A stretch of DNA of 64,000 nt from Candidatus Zixiibacteriota bacterium (lineage in GTDB: Bacteria; Zixibacteria; MSB-5A5; UBA10806; 4484-95), in the NCBI GenBank assembly GCA_037441845.1, contig JBBIRK010000007.1, positions 98,575 through 162,574 of the forward strand, given 5' to 3'. A program made the translations under genes and the position numbers. This document shows, piece by piece, positions 9,808-19,261 of this stretch (positions are counted from its first letter, which is position 1; each line of letters starts with the position of its first letter). The notes under the pieces were generated by a model, which did not search any database, was not told the DNA's origin, and saw only the letters and a program-made list of their open reading frames with translations.

Positions 9808-11750
9808 TCGCTTTTACACCTTAATCTGACTATCGTTCCTGGTTCGATCGGCTCGCCGGCCGATGGTGATTGCTCGACCACGATGCCGGAACCGCTGAAA
9901 TCGCAGGCGATACCCATTTCCCGCGCGTAAATCAGGGCCTGCCGGATGGTCAATCCTTTCAAATCGGGCGTGGTAAATTGCCCGTTATTTTCTTTATCTA
10001 CTTTAAGAGAAGCCATGACCCCCATCAACGAATCCGGCTTCGGTTTGGAAGGCGCGGCTTTCTTTTCTATAACGGCTTTCGATTTTTTCACCACCGGTTT
10101 ATCGAGTTTGCCCGGAAGCATGCTGAATCGCTCGGCTATTCTCCGGAAAACGGGTGCGGAAATTTCCCCGCCGTAACGGGATTTCTTGGGCTCGTCGAAC
10201 ACCACGATGCCGACGTAATCCGGGAAGTCCGCAGGAAAATATCCCACGAACGAAGCCACCGATTTGCTATGGTCATAGCCTTTATTTTTTATCGCCTTCA
10301 GCGCGGTACCGGTCTTGCCCGCCAATTCAACTATGGCGGAATCGGCGCGTTTGGCCGTTCCCGAGGCGACAACCTCGCGTAAAAATCGCCTAAGCAGTGC
10401 CGCAGTTGTAGGTGTCATTATCTGCTTGCCTTCGGGTAAATTCCGCAACAACCGTCGGCTGCCGTCTTCGTAAACCACCTCTTTACCGAAATACGGTAGG
10501 GTGAGTTTCCCTCCCGATGTAACCGCATCGTAAAGCATGGTCATCTGCATCGGCGTGGCGCTGATACCATGTCCGAAACAAACATTGGCCAGATAATGGT
10601 CTCGCCAGGGGGGTCTCTGAAGCTGTCCGGAGACTTCACCCGGAAAATCGACCGCCAGTTTTTTCACGAATCCGGCATCCGTTATCATCTTGTAGATTGT
10701 ATAATCGCCCAGGTCAAGTCCAAGCTTGGCCGCTCCTATATTGGATGAATGAACGACTATTTCTTCGACGGTAAGCTTATCGTAGGCGTGATCGTCGCGT
10801 ATCACGCGATCATCGACGCGATATTTTCCTCCCTCGACATCGACGATAGTGTTCGGGCTGAACCGACCTGATTCGAGGGCCGAGGCAACCGCGACAATTT
10901 TGAAAGTCGATCCCGGTTCATACATATCGGCGATTGCTCGGTTGCGCCTTGCCGGTGCGCCGTTGCTGTCTATAGAGGCGCATGCTGCGATCTCCCCTGA
11001 TCCCGCCCTCACAAAAAATGCGGTGGCCGAAATGCCCCCATAATTCTCCAATCCCGCCTTCAATTCCTGCTCGACTATCTGCTGAAGATCAAGATCGAGT
11101 GTCAGTACGATATCCAGCCCGTTTTCCGGCTTCTTGTAAAGTTCGTCATGAAAAATAAAGGTCCGTTTCTTGCCATAACGTTTAAGCAATGCTGTGCCCG
11201 GCTTGCCGGAAAGCAGCGAATCGTATTGCAGCTCGATTCCTGAAATCCCCTTGTTGTCAATATCCACTCGGCCAAGTACCGCAAGCGCCAAGTCGCCGGC
11301 CGGATAAACCCGCCGCGATTCGACGATGGAATCGAGCGTCGGTATTCCCGCTCGACTGATGGCAAGTTGTATTTCGGGAGTGGTCTTGCGCGCAACCCAA
11401 AGAAAACGCCGATGATTTTTGAATTTTTCCAACCAGCCGCCGCATTTGGTAACTGCCTCGAGTCGTTGCGCAGCCAGCTCCTTTTCGACTATCTTATCGG
11501 GTATCACGTAAAACGAATACGAATCGACGTCCTGGGCAAGCACCCGATTTTGACAATCATAAATGGCTCCCCGACGGGGCTGTATCTCGATTTGAACGTT
11601 CTGTTGGCTTTCGGCAGCCTGAGCGAATTTATCGCGGTGAATAATCTGAATCCAGACAAGTCTTGCCGCAATCGCCGCCCACACGAAAAGCAAAACGTAT
11701 TTTATGACCCGTAGACGCGAATCGAATTTTCTTTGAACCCTAACGGTCAT
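9804..11750 (-). CDS. ftsI: Class B penicillin-binding protein FtsI/PBP3 with C-terminal PASTA domain
   Basis: N-terminal TM, RGAIYD, SxxK (GSTFK), SSN and KTGT; PASTA-like end (TPDLKGLTIRQA…VVEQSPSAG). Confidence 0.95.
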   Translation of the reverse strand: MTVRVQRKFDSRLRVIKYVLLFVWAAIAARLVWIQIIHRDKFAQAAESQQNVQIEIQPRRGAIYDCQNRVLAQDVDSYSFYVIPDKIVEKELAAQRLEAVTKCGGWLEKFKNHRRFLWVARKTTPEIQLAISRAGIPTLDSIVESRRVYPAGDLALAVLGRVDIDNKGISGIELQYDSLLSGKPGTALLKRYGKKRTFIFHDELYKKPENGLDIVLTLDLDLQQIVEQELKAGLENYGGISATAFFVRAGSGEIAACASIDSNGAPARRNRAIADMYEPGSTFKIVAVASALESGRFSPNTIVDVEGGKYRVDDRVIRDDHAYDKLTVEEIVVHSSNIGAAKLGLDLGDYTIYKMITDAGFVKKLAVDFPGEVSGQLQRPPWRDHYLANVCFGHGISATPMQMTMLYDAVTSGGKLTLPYFGKEVVYEDGSRRLLRNLPEGKQIMTPTTAALLRRFLREVVASGTAKRADSAIVELAGKTGTALKAIKNKGYDHSKSVASFVGYFPADFPDYVGIVVFDEPKKSRYGGEISAPVFRRIAERFSMLPGKLDKPVVKKSKAVIEKKAAPSKPKPDSLMGVMASLKVDKENNGQFTTPDLKGLTIRQALIYAREMGIACDFSGSGIVVEQSPSAGEPIEPGTIVRLRCKSD

Positions 11751-12130
11751 CAGTAACCCCGGAGCAACCTAACGAGGCCGGACCAGAATTCAGAAAGCCC
11801 GGCGTAATTGCTCTTGTTGCCGGTTGCGTTTCGATCGATCGGGGCGTCTTCGTAAATGAATTCCCGGTTTCTCATGTCGGTGTTCATTCCAAAACCATAC
11901 CCCGCACAACTGTCGATCCAGGCTATCGATCTGTATCTTTCCAATTGCACGGCCAGTTGCTTATTCTTCTCGATAAGTGAATCACGGGTGCGCCGAAGCT
12001 GGGTTAGTTCCCGCGAGAGGTCCACAGCCACAGTCGATTTCCACACCCAGAGCATCGCCAGTACAAAAATCAGCGGCAAGGATCGCTTTATTTTGCGATA
12101 AAGCCGGCTCTTTCTTTTTTTAAGCCGCAA
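11750..12130 (-). CDS. ftsL: FtsL-like cell division protein
   Basis: Basic N-terminus, a single TM and heptad coiled coil; sits between rsmH and ftsI; divergent in sequence. Confidence 0.7.
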   Translation of the reverse strand: MRLKKRKSRLYRKIKRSLPLIFVLAMLWVWKSTVAVDLSRELTQLRRTRDSLIEKNKQLAVQLERYRSIAWIDSCAGYGFGMNTDMRNREFIYEDAPIDRNATGNKSNYAGLSEFWSGLVRLLRGY

Positions 12131-13049
12131 TTTTCTCCACCACTCTCAATTTTGCCGAACGCGCCCGCGGATTTCCGGCTGTTTCTTCCGGCGATGGTCT
12201 TTCCGGTTTGGGAGTCAAGGCACGAACGATTATTATCTTGCCGCAGCGACATTCCCTTGCCCGGGGCGGACAAACGCATTTGCCGGAATACTTTCGGAAA
12301 ACACGTTTCACTATTCTATCTTCGAGAGAATGATAGGCGATCACCATGATCCGGCCGCCCAATTGGATCGAGGGTATTATGGATTGCAAGCTCTGCTCCA
12401 AATTCGCCAACTCATCATTTACTTCAATCCGCAATGCCTGAAACACCCTGGCGGCGGTTTTCAGGAAAGACCGCGATCCAACCACGCGACGGATGATCGC
12501 GGATAACTCGGATGTGGTAGTGATCGCTCTACCCTCGGCTTTTATCGCTTTCGCTATCGATTTCGCTCTTGGTTCCTGTCCATAATCACGCAGTATTCGA
12601 TAGAGGGCGGCCTCGTCGCTTGCGCCGATCAGATCGGCGGCGGTCCGGGTCTGTTTCGGATCAAATGCCAAACGCAGCGGCCCATCATGCAAATACGAGA
12701 ATCCTTTGTCGGGATCGTCTATCTGCATGGAACTGAGACCCAGGTCATATAGAACGGCGCTTATGGGTGATTTTCCCTCTCTTGTCATGTAATCAGCTAT
12801 TTCCGAAAAATTTTTCTGAACCAGTTGTGCCTTTATACCCTCGCGATAAAGAAGCTTTCTCGTATTTTCAATGACTTCGCCGTCAAGATCGAAGCCGATG
12901 TAACTAAAGCGGTCTCGAAACTCCCGATAAACGGCTCGCAGATGGCCGCCTGCACCGAGAGTGGCATCGATAAAATATCCCGGCGGACATCCCCTCAGAT
13001 GTTCGACCACTCTTGCGGCGAGCACGGGAATATGCGGTGGATCAAATAT
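12120..13049 (-). CDS. rsmH: 16S rRNA m4C1402 methyltransferase RsmH/MraW (true start uncertain: GTG 13025 or non-canonical upstream)
   Basis: HIPVL (13020-13034), DATLGAGGH, DLGLSSMQID, FQALRIEVNDEL, YHSLEDRIVK and NPRARSAKLR. Confidence 0.95.
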   Translation of the reverse strand: MFDPPHIPVLAARVVEHLRGCPPGYFIDATLGAGGHLRAVYREFRDRFSYIGFDLDGEVIENTRKLLYREGIKAQLVQKNFSEIADYMTREGKSPISAVLYDLGLSSMQIDDPDKGFSYLHDGPLRLAFDPKQTRTAADLIGASDEAALYRILRDYGQEPRAKSIAKAIKAEGRAITTTSELSAIIRRVVGSRSFLKTAARVFQALRIEVNDELANLEQSLQSIIPSIQLGGRIMVIAYHSLEDRIVKRVFRKYSGKCVCPPRARECRCGKIIIVRALTPKPERPSPEETAGNPRARSAKLRVVEKIAA

Positions 13050-13476
13050 CGATTTTGCGCGCCACCTCCTCGTAGGATCGATCGGGTTTGTTCAAGTAGT
13101 CAGCGAATATTTCAGGATTCCATATCTCCATTCTATCCAACATCCCCACCACCAACACATCTTTCTCTAATTTTGCCTCCTTGATAAGAGCGGCCGAAAG
13201 TGTTATTCTTCCCTGGTTATCCGCCTGCACCACGAACGAGCGGGATAGTGTGGTGCGAAGATAGTAAACATTGTCGGGGTTGTTACGGACGAGGCTCTGG
13301 AGTTTTTCCTGCACCTTGTTCCATTCTTCTTCGGGGAAAACGTTCAGGCAGCCGTTAAGCCCGGGAGTAATGACATAAGTCTCCATGGTTCCAGCAGGTC
13401 TGCGGAATTTAGCCGGAAGATTAAGGCGACCTTTGCTGTCGATTTGATGCCTGAATGAGCCGATAAAACCCGTCAT
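13042..13476 (-). CDS. mraZ: Transcriptional regulator MraZ
   Basis: Two SpoVT/AbrB repeats (DSKGRLNLP, DNQGRITL) and 'DRMEIW'; first gene of the dcw cluster. Confidence 0.96.
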   Translation of the reverse strand: MTGFIGSFRHQIDSKGRLNLPAKFRRPAGTMETYVITPGLNGCLNVFPEEEWNKVQEKLQSLVRNNPDNVYYLRTTLSRSFVVQADNQGRITLSAALIKEAKLEKDVLVVGMLDRMEIWNPEIFADYLNKPDRSYEEVARKIDI

Positions 13477-13484
13477 AGGGAAAT

Positions 13485-13513
13485 TACACCTTTCTTCCCC
13501 ACTTTACGCCCCA
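13485..13513 (-). promoter_or_regulatory. Possible MraZ operator (degenerate TGGGG repeats)
   Basis: TGGGG at 13509-13513 and 13497-13501, between the promoter and mraZ. The period is 12 nt rather than the ~10 nt of characterised MraZ boxes. Confidence 0.3.
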
Positions 13514-13543
13514 AAACTAAACACAACCCTAACTTTTTGTCAA
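13514..13543 (-). promoter_or_regulatory. Putative sigma-70 promoter of the dcw operon
   Basis: TTGACA (13538-13543), 18-nt spacer, TAGTTT (13514-13519) upstream of mraZ. Confidence 0.6.
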
Positions 13544-13732
13544 GGAAAAATTTCCATAAGCCTTAGTCAATTAAATGATATAGACCTATATCAACGATTA
13601 TGGGGAAAATCCCATATCTTGCTATTTCCGGCTGAAATGAATCGTCTGACATTAAATTCGGGCCTAAGTGTAACTTATTATATTTTAAGTAGATATCTGG
13701 CTGTTGCATACGGAAACCCACCCTACATAGGC

Positions 13733-13750
13733 CGGGCACCGCCTTTGCTT
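13733..13750 (+). promoter_or_regulatory. Putative sigma-54 (-24/-12) promoter of the C25 protease gene
   Basis: CGGGCACCGCCTTTGCTT gives GG-N10-GC with GGCAC and TTGCT, ~55 nt before the ATG (SD AGGAGG at ~13794-13799). Confidence 0.55.
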
Positions 13751-13804
13751 AATCCCCTTTCCGAGGAAATAAAAAGCGGTTGATTCCTTGATCAGGAGGG
13801 GATT

Positions 13805-16237
13805 ATGCGAGCCTCGAACAAATTTATTTCTTTAGTTATCTTAATAACAATTATCGGGTTAACGGCCAGCCTGCAAGCTGAGGACCGGCTTTTTTTCAGC
13901 TTTTCGACATTAAAATCCGATTTACGTCTTAAACATGATGAAAGAGGAATACAGGCTTTCCTTCCGGGCGACGAAAAAATCGAGATCGCAGGCGCGCCGC
14001 AACTGCCTTGCAAGCTCACGAAAATCGCCTTGCCTGTCGGCATGAATGCGGGAACCATTCAGGCCGAGCCTGGGCCGATCATTCAAATAGGCTGTTATCC
14101 TAATTACACGCCTTATCCGGGTGATGTTAAAACGGATGGGGAACCCGCCGAAAACTATCCGGCCGCTGAAGACGAATTGATCTACGGTTCCGATTCGCTT
14201 TTCCCGGGATCCTATTTCGAATTGGTGGATAGGGGAGTTTTCGGCAATCAGGAAATTTTAACGATTCGGCTGTATCCGATTCAATACCGACCACGCAGCG
14301 GCGATCTTTTCCTTGTCGATGAAATCAAGATTCAAATCCAACTTGTCCAGGGGGAGCTTTCCGGACCGGCGGTGCAAGTAGGGGCAAAGCAGTTAAAGCG
14401 CATGGTGGTCAATCCGGAGCAGATCGACATAGATCCCGGGGGAACGGCAAACGACACACCGGCATTATTTCGCCAGGGGAGTTTGGGGATCGGTGCCGAA
14501 TATCTGGTTATTACCAATGCCGAGTTGGCGCCCGCTTTTTATCCCTGGGTGTTTTGGAAAAATCAAAAGGGGATAACCGCCGAAATTGCCTTGATCGAAG
14601 ACATATTGTCGAATTACCCGGGTGTGGATAACGCCGCTAAACTGCGCGCCTATCTCCAGCAGGCATATACCGCGGGCGCACGTTGGGCGTTGTTGGGTGG
14701 TGACGAGGATGTAATCCCAATCCGCTATGCGTTTCCGGGCAATGTAAGCTATCCGATAACTTTGAACAATCAGCAGATATGCGATCTGTACTATGGCGAT
14801 CTCAGCGGCGATTGGGATTATGACAACGACGGAACTTATGGCGAAATGACCCACGACCGGCCGGATTTATATCCTGAAATATACGTAGGCAGGGTTCCGG
14901 TGGATCGGCTTGAGGAGGCGGCCAACTGGGTCAACAAGGCGCTTGTTTACGAACAGAATCCGGGCAACGGCGATTATTCTTATGTCACCAAAGCGCTTTT
15001 TATCACCGCCGATCAGATGCGGGATCTCAACGAGCATATTTCGCTTGCCAGCGTCATGCCGAGCCATTTCAACGTGGATTACGGGCGCTGCGCCGAGGAA
15101 CCCAGTGGTGGTTCCGATTCCCCCATTCAACCAACTGCGCAACGGGTTCTCGAGGTGATCAACGAGGGTTGGGGATATATCGGCAATTTGAACCATGGCA
15201 ATGTATCATCTTATGTTACCATGGCGCCCAATTACAATTATGCCCCCCGCTCATATCTCTGGGGCGACAGCGTGGTTCAGCAGGATGGCGCCGCCACCAT
15301 CTTGTGGCAGGATTCGACCGCCGAATTTTCGGTCAAATACTCGATAAGTTGCGACAACGCCGCATTCGATTTCGACAAGGAAATCTTTCGTCCCGGACCG
15401 TTCCTTACCAACAGCACATTTATGGAGCCGTTTCTTTTCCTGCCGAATCGCGGCGGCGTGGCTTATCTCGGTAACACGCGCTGGGGATGGGTATCGGCAT
15501 CGTACAGGCTGGAAATGAAATTTCTCGAATATCTTTACAACGATTCATCCTGCCAGCTCGGAGTGGCGGAAGCGCTGTCTAAAATATATTACCCGTCCTA
15601 TCGCGATATTGACTACGGGCACAACCTTTTCGGCGATCCGGAGATGGCCGTCTGGAAATATCCCCCCCGGCCGCTGACAGTAACCGCGCCGCATTCGATC
15701 ACCCCTGACAGTCAATCGCTTTCGATCACGGTGACCACCACCGACGGGCCTGCGGGCGGCGTGAAAGTTTGCGTCTGGAAACCCGGAGAATATATGTTCA
15801 GAGGATTTACCAATAGCTCCGGCGAAATTCAAGTTCCGCTCGCTGTCGCCGATCCCGGGTTGATGTTCGTAACCGCCACGGGACGCGATCTCGTTCCGGA
15901 CATAGATACCGTGGTAGTGCTCGCCAGGGCCGCTATCGACGACCGAGAGCTGCTTCCGGATGAGATAAGGCTAGATTGCAATTATCCCAATCCCTTCAAC
16001 TCTACGACCAAAATCAGATTCGCGGTCGGATCTCCGCAAAAGGCGATGCTGGAAATTTACGATCTTTCCGGACGAAAAGTAAAAACTACCGCTGAAAAAG
16101 AATACCCTGCCGGGATTCATGCGATCGAGTGGAACGGCCTGAACGATGACGGTTCGCCGGTGGCAAGCGGGCTATACATGTACGCTTTGAAAGCGGGACA
16201 AAAGCGGGCGGTCGGAAAGATGCTTTTACTTAAATGA
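13805..16237 (+). CDS. Secreted C25 (gingipain-like) cysteine peptidase with propeptide, Ig domain and FlgD-Ig/T9SS-type CTD
   Basis: Signal peptide; propeptide-like region (GAPQLP…); YLVIT…, LLGGD, DLYY.DL.GDW, VGRVP; catalytic His (NHG) and Cys (SISC); NLFGDP; CTD NYPNPFN…SGLYMY…KMLLLK. Confidence 0.88.
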   Translation: MRASNKFISLVILITIIGLTASLQAEDRLFFSFSTLKSDLRLKHDERGIQAFLPGDEKIEIAGAPQLPCKLTKIALPVGMNAGTIQAEPGPIIQIGCYPNYTPYPGDVKTDGEPAENYPAAEDELIYGSDSLFPGSYFELVDRGVFGNQEILTIRLYPIQYRPRSGDLFLVDEIKIQIQLVQGELSGPAVQVGAKQLKRMVVNPEQIDIDPGGTANDTPALFRQGSLGIGAEYLVITNAELAPAFYPWVFWKNQKGITAEIALIEDILSNYPGVDNAAKLRAYLQQAYTAGARWALLGGDEDVIPIRYAFPGNVSYPITLNNQQICDLYYGDLSGDWDYDNDGTYGEMTHDRPDLYPEIYVGRVPVDRLEEAANWVNKALVYEQNPGNGDYSYVTKALFITADQMRDLNEHISLASVMPSHFNVDYGRCAEEPSGGSDSPIQPTAQRVLEVINEGWGYIGNLNHGNVSSYVTMAPNYNYAPRSYLWGDSVVQQDGAATILWQDSTAEFSVKYSISCDNAAFDFDKEIFRPGPFLTNSTFMEPFLFLPNRGGVAYLGNTRWGWVSASYRLEMKFLEYLYNDSSCQLGVAEALSKIYYPSYRDIDYGHNLFGDPEMAVWKYPPRPLTVTAPHSITPDSQSLSITVTTTDGPAGGVKVCVWKPGEYMFRGFTNSSGEIQVPLAVADPGLMFVTATGRDLVPDIDTVVVLARAAIDDRELLPDEIRLDCNYPNPFNSTTKIRFAVGSPQKAMLEIYDLSGRKVKTTAEKEYPAGIHAIEWNGLNDDGSPVASGLYMYALKAGQKRAVGKMLLLK

Positions 16238-16255
16238 TACTCCCTCCTCCGATCG

Positions 16256-16292
16256 AAATGCCGTCGACCCGAAAACCGGCCGGCGGCATTTT
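16256..16292. terminator. Probable bidirectional intrinsic terminator between convergent genes
   Basis: AAATGCCGTCGACC-cgaaaacc-GGCCGGCGGCATTTT stem-loop flanked by A/T runs. Confidence 0.6.
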
Positions 16293-16315
16293 GCATTATG
16301 GCGAAAAATTCGACC

Positions 16316-18178
16316 TCAACCCCCCGCGTTCAGCAGTCGATAAAGCGCAAAATCGCCGTCCTGCATCAACAATTCCCCTTGCGTACGGCAAATCAGTTCA
16401 AGAGCTCGAACACCCTCCCGAAAAACATCGCCGTAAGCCGCCCCGGCGAATCTTCCGGAACCGGAAAACTCCTCGACGACCCGTCGATCGATAACCACGT
16501 GATCGATTCCGTTTTCCTTAAGGGCCGACCTGATTTCAGCCGCTTTCGTGAAATCGACCGTTGTTTGTTCGCTCGGATTGAGATAAACGAATTTTCTTTC
16601 AAGATAGTAGCCGTCGGCGCGGGTCCAATTGGAGCAAAGGATCCCGACCAAAGCCTCGACCGGCAGATCGGCGTTTATATATCGCCAGGCTCGGATATAA
16701 GGAAACGCCTTTTTCGCCTCGCTCGATTCCACCTCGTTCGGGTCGAGAGCGGCGTATCGATCGAGGAATTGGTCGCGATCGATTATCCCAATTGCGGCGG
16801 TTATCCGAAGGCGATTGTCTCTTATGGATTGAGCGGCGTTTATCAGCAACAACAACGCCGCCGCCGCATAGACCAGATAACGCCCGAAATTCGACGAGCG
16901 GCCGAGTTTGTCGATAGCGTGAACCGCCGCCAGTATCAACAACGGAATCACCGGCAACAAATAGCGGGTATTGGCCAGACCAAAATACCACAGCAAAAAA
17001 TAAATCGCCGCCAGCCAAAGCCCGATAGTCACCGCTTTCGGTGTTTTTCGATAAAAAATCAATAACGGCAGTAAAACGAACGGCAGAGGACCGGTTCTGC
17101 CCCGAAATATGTCAGGGAAATAGACTAGACGGAAAGGCGCGGTTATAAAGTTGAGTATCGTCCTCGATTCAGTTTTCGGCATTATGGCGGCGTTGAACGT
17201 ATCGAACTGGCTTTTCCAGAATTCGGAATGAAATAAATTATCGAAATGAGGAAATATCGGATTTCCGGTGATTATCGCCGACCGGACATACCAGGGAGCG
17301 GCAAACAAAACGAGCATCGCAAAAAATAACATCAGATGCCGGGTTTTGCGAACTCCCGCAACCACGATCACCGCCAAAGCAGCGGCGAATATCAAGGAAT
17401 TGACCTTGGAGCCCGCCGCCAAACCGGCAAGGATTCCGCTTAAAAGAAGCGCCGCAAGTCGATTCGATTTTCGATACTCGAAAAACATTATGAATCCAGC
17501 CAACGAGAAGCCGGCGGCAAGGTAATCGCTTTTCGAATCCGCCAAACCGGATACCAGAAACGGCACCGCCAGCATCATGGGAATCATCAAAGCATGACCG
17601 CCGGGCAGAGTCCGCCGGGATAACTCCACTGTCAGGAAAATGAGGAATATGGCGAAACAAAATACCGCAAATTGGGCCGATTCCGCCGAAATCAGGCCGA
17701 CCAAAGGGGTCACCAACAACTCACTGTTAAGCGCCGTCGCTGACATCGGGTTCGTCGGGTAAAAATTAATCGCCCTATCGGCAATCCAAAGGCGGGGAAG
17801 GCCCAGATGATAAAACAGCGTGTCGTTTTTCACCGGCGGCGATAAAGATGCCAGACCGCCCATGATGATCAGCACAATAGATAAAATCAGCAGATACCAG
17901 GGTAAATTTTCAGCGGCGAATTTATATCGACGTAGAGCCCGCCACCCCTCCAGCGCAAAAAGCGAAAGCGCCGCGCCGAAACCGATAAGTATAGGGCGGG
18001 TCAGCAGATTCAATAACCCAAGCACGAACAGGACCATAATGGCCAGCCCGCAACCCGGGAAAAACGAGCTGAAAAAATCGCTTTTCAATTTGAACAAGCG
18101 CCGGTAAATCACCGTGCCCAATCCCGATAGGGAAACCACGTAAATCAAGGCCGCCGCGGTATCGACCAACGGTTTCAT
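16316..18178 (-). CDS. Polytopic GT-C fold glycosyltransferase (ArnT/PMT-like, GT39/83-related)
   Basis: Many TMs with D-x3-YH-x3-P (DTLFYHLGLP), GNPIFP and RYLLP, plus a soluble C-terminal domain. Start reassigned to ATG 18178 (MKPLVD), overlapping the upstream small-ORF stop. Confidence 0.75.
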   Translation of the reverse strand: MKPLVDTAAALIYVVSLSGLGTVIYRRLFKLKSDFFSSFFPGCGLAIMVLFVLGLLNLLTRPILIGFGAALSLFALEGWRALRRYKFAAENLPWYLLILSIVLIIMGGLASLSPPVKNDTLFYHLGLPRLWIADRAINFYPTNPMSATALNSELLVTPLVGLISAESAQFAVFCFAIFLIFLTVELSRRTLPGGHALMIPMMLAVPFLVSGLADSKSDYLAAGFSLAGFIMFFEYRKSNRLAALLLSGILAGLAAGSKVNSLIFAAALAVIVVAGVRKTRHLMLFFAMLVLFAAPWYVRSAIITGNPIFPHFDNLFHSEFWKSQFDTFNAAIMPKTESRTILNFITAPFRLVYFPDIFRGRTGPLPFVLLPLLIFYRKTPKAVTIGLWLAAIYFLLWYFGLANTRYLLPVIPLLILAAVHAIDKLGRSSNFGRYLVYAAAALLLLINAAQSIRDNRLRITAAIGIIDRDQFLDRYAALDPNEVESSEAKKAFPYIRAWRYINADLPVEALVGILCSNWTRADGYYLERKFVYLNPSEQTTVDFTKAAEIRSALKENGIDHVVIDRRVVEEFSGSGRFAGAAYGDVFREGVRALELICRTQGELLMQDGDFALYRLLNAGG

Positions 18179-18306
18179 AATCCCAAAAAATCTTTGATTC
18201 TTGCCAAACGCGAGAAAAACAAACTCGCGAAATAGGCGATAAACGATAAGATCAGATAGAAACCGATCAGGAGGTTTTTCCAATCCCCCGATATTCTATT
18301 TTTCAT
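18175..18306 (-). CDS. Small 43-aa single-pass membrane protein
   Basis: MKNRISGDWKNLLIGFYLILSFIAYFASLFFSRLARIKDFLGL. It starts inside the 3' end of GT2 and its TGA overlaps the next ATG. Confidence 0.6.
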   Translation of the reverse strand: MKNRISGDWKNLLIGFYLILSFIAYFASLFFSRLARIKDFLGL

Positions 18307-19261
18307 TATCTTTCCACTCATCGCCCGCCCGATCTTTTCGCCGCCGACGATAGCCGCAAGCCACGTTTCCCCACAGCAGGTAATCATATATTAAGTCCGG
18401 CCAAGGCACGATAGAAAACGTTTTCACTTTCAGAGCCGCCGCCCGCAGGAAAAGTGAATTGGTGGCGACCGATAACAGCAGCCCCCAGCAAACCCGCGAT
18501 ATTAATCCTTTCTTTTTTTGGTTGAGTATATCCGCCGGCAGATCGCGCACGAATTGCGGGTGCTTTTTGATCAGATAACCGATCGAGTACATCCCGAATT
18601 CGCGGAATTGCCGACAAACGTCGTCCAGCGTGCGTCGATGATGATGGTAGGTGACGGCGTTGCTGTCGAAAATCAACCGTGCGCCCGAGGACACCAATCT
18701 GATTCCGAAATCGATATCTTCGCCGCCCCACGCCTTGAAATTTCGATCGAATCCGCCGGATTTCAGGAAAAGCGATCTCTCGATTGCGAAATTGTTGCTG
18801 GTGAACATCCTTCCGGGGATTTCGGTCTGCGATCCGTCTTTTCGGTGTCGACCGCGCGAATAAAGATATCGTTCGAATCCGCTGGTTTTTTGTCCGGGCG
18901 GCGGCTTGACCTCGCCGAGCTTCACGGTCGATTCATCCATACCGTTCAATATCGATTCCACGTATCTGCTGTCGGGAACCATATCGCCGTCGAAAAAAAT
19001 CATCAGGCGGCCGCTCGATCTTTCGGCGCCGAGATTGCGGTTGGCCGAACGGCCCAGGGGAACGCTGTTGCGGATGTATTTGAAATAAATGGGATAGCGC
19101 AGCTTCTTGATAGCCTGCTCACAACCGTCGATTGATCCGTCGTCGCAGATGACGATTTCGAACGATCGCGGCCTGTCGATCTGCTTACGCAGACTCTCCA
19201 AAGCCGCCAAAAGCGATTGTTTCTGATTGCGAACCGGAATTATGATACTGACTTCGATCAT
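18296..19261 (-). CDS. Glycosyltransferase family 2
   Basis: VSIIIP, ICDDGSIDG, NRNLGA, DxD (FFDGD) and GGFD…WGGEDIDFG. ATG 19261 overlaps the GT4 stop. Confidence 0.92.
   Translation of the reverse strand: MIEVSIIIPVRNQKQSLLAALESLRKQIDRPRSFEIVICDDGSIDGCEQAIKKLRYPIYFKYIRNSVPLGRSANRNLGAERSSGRLMIFFDGDMVPDSRYVESILNGMDESTVKLGEVKPPPGQKTSGFERYLYSRGRHRKDGSQTEIPGRMFTSNNFAIERSLFLKSGGFDRNFKAWGGEDIDFGIRLVSSGARLIFDSNAVTYHHHRRTLDDVCRQFREFGMYSIGYLIKKHPQFVRDLPADILNQKKKGLISRVCWGLLLSVATNSLFLRAAALKVKTFSIVPWPDLIYDYLLWGNVACGYRRRRKDRAGDEWKDNEK

Noticed and set aside
16298..17065. 255-aa + strand ORF
   Set aside because: Antisense to the GT-C gene and begins just past a terminator; no motifs.
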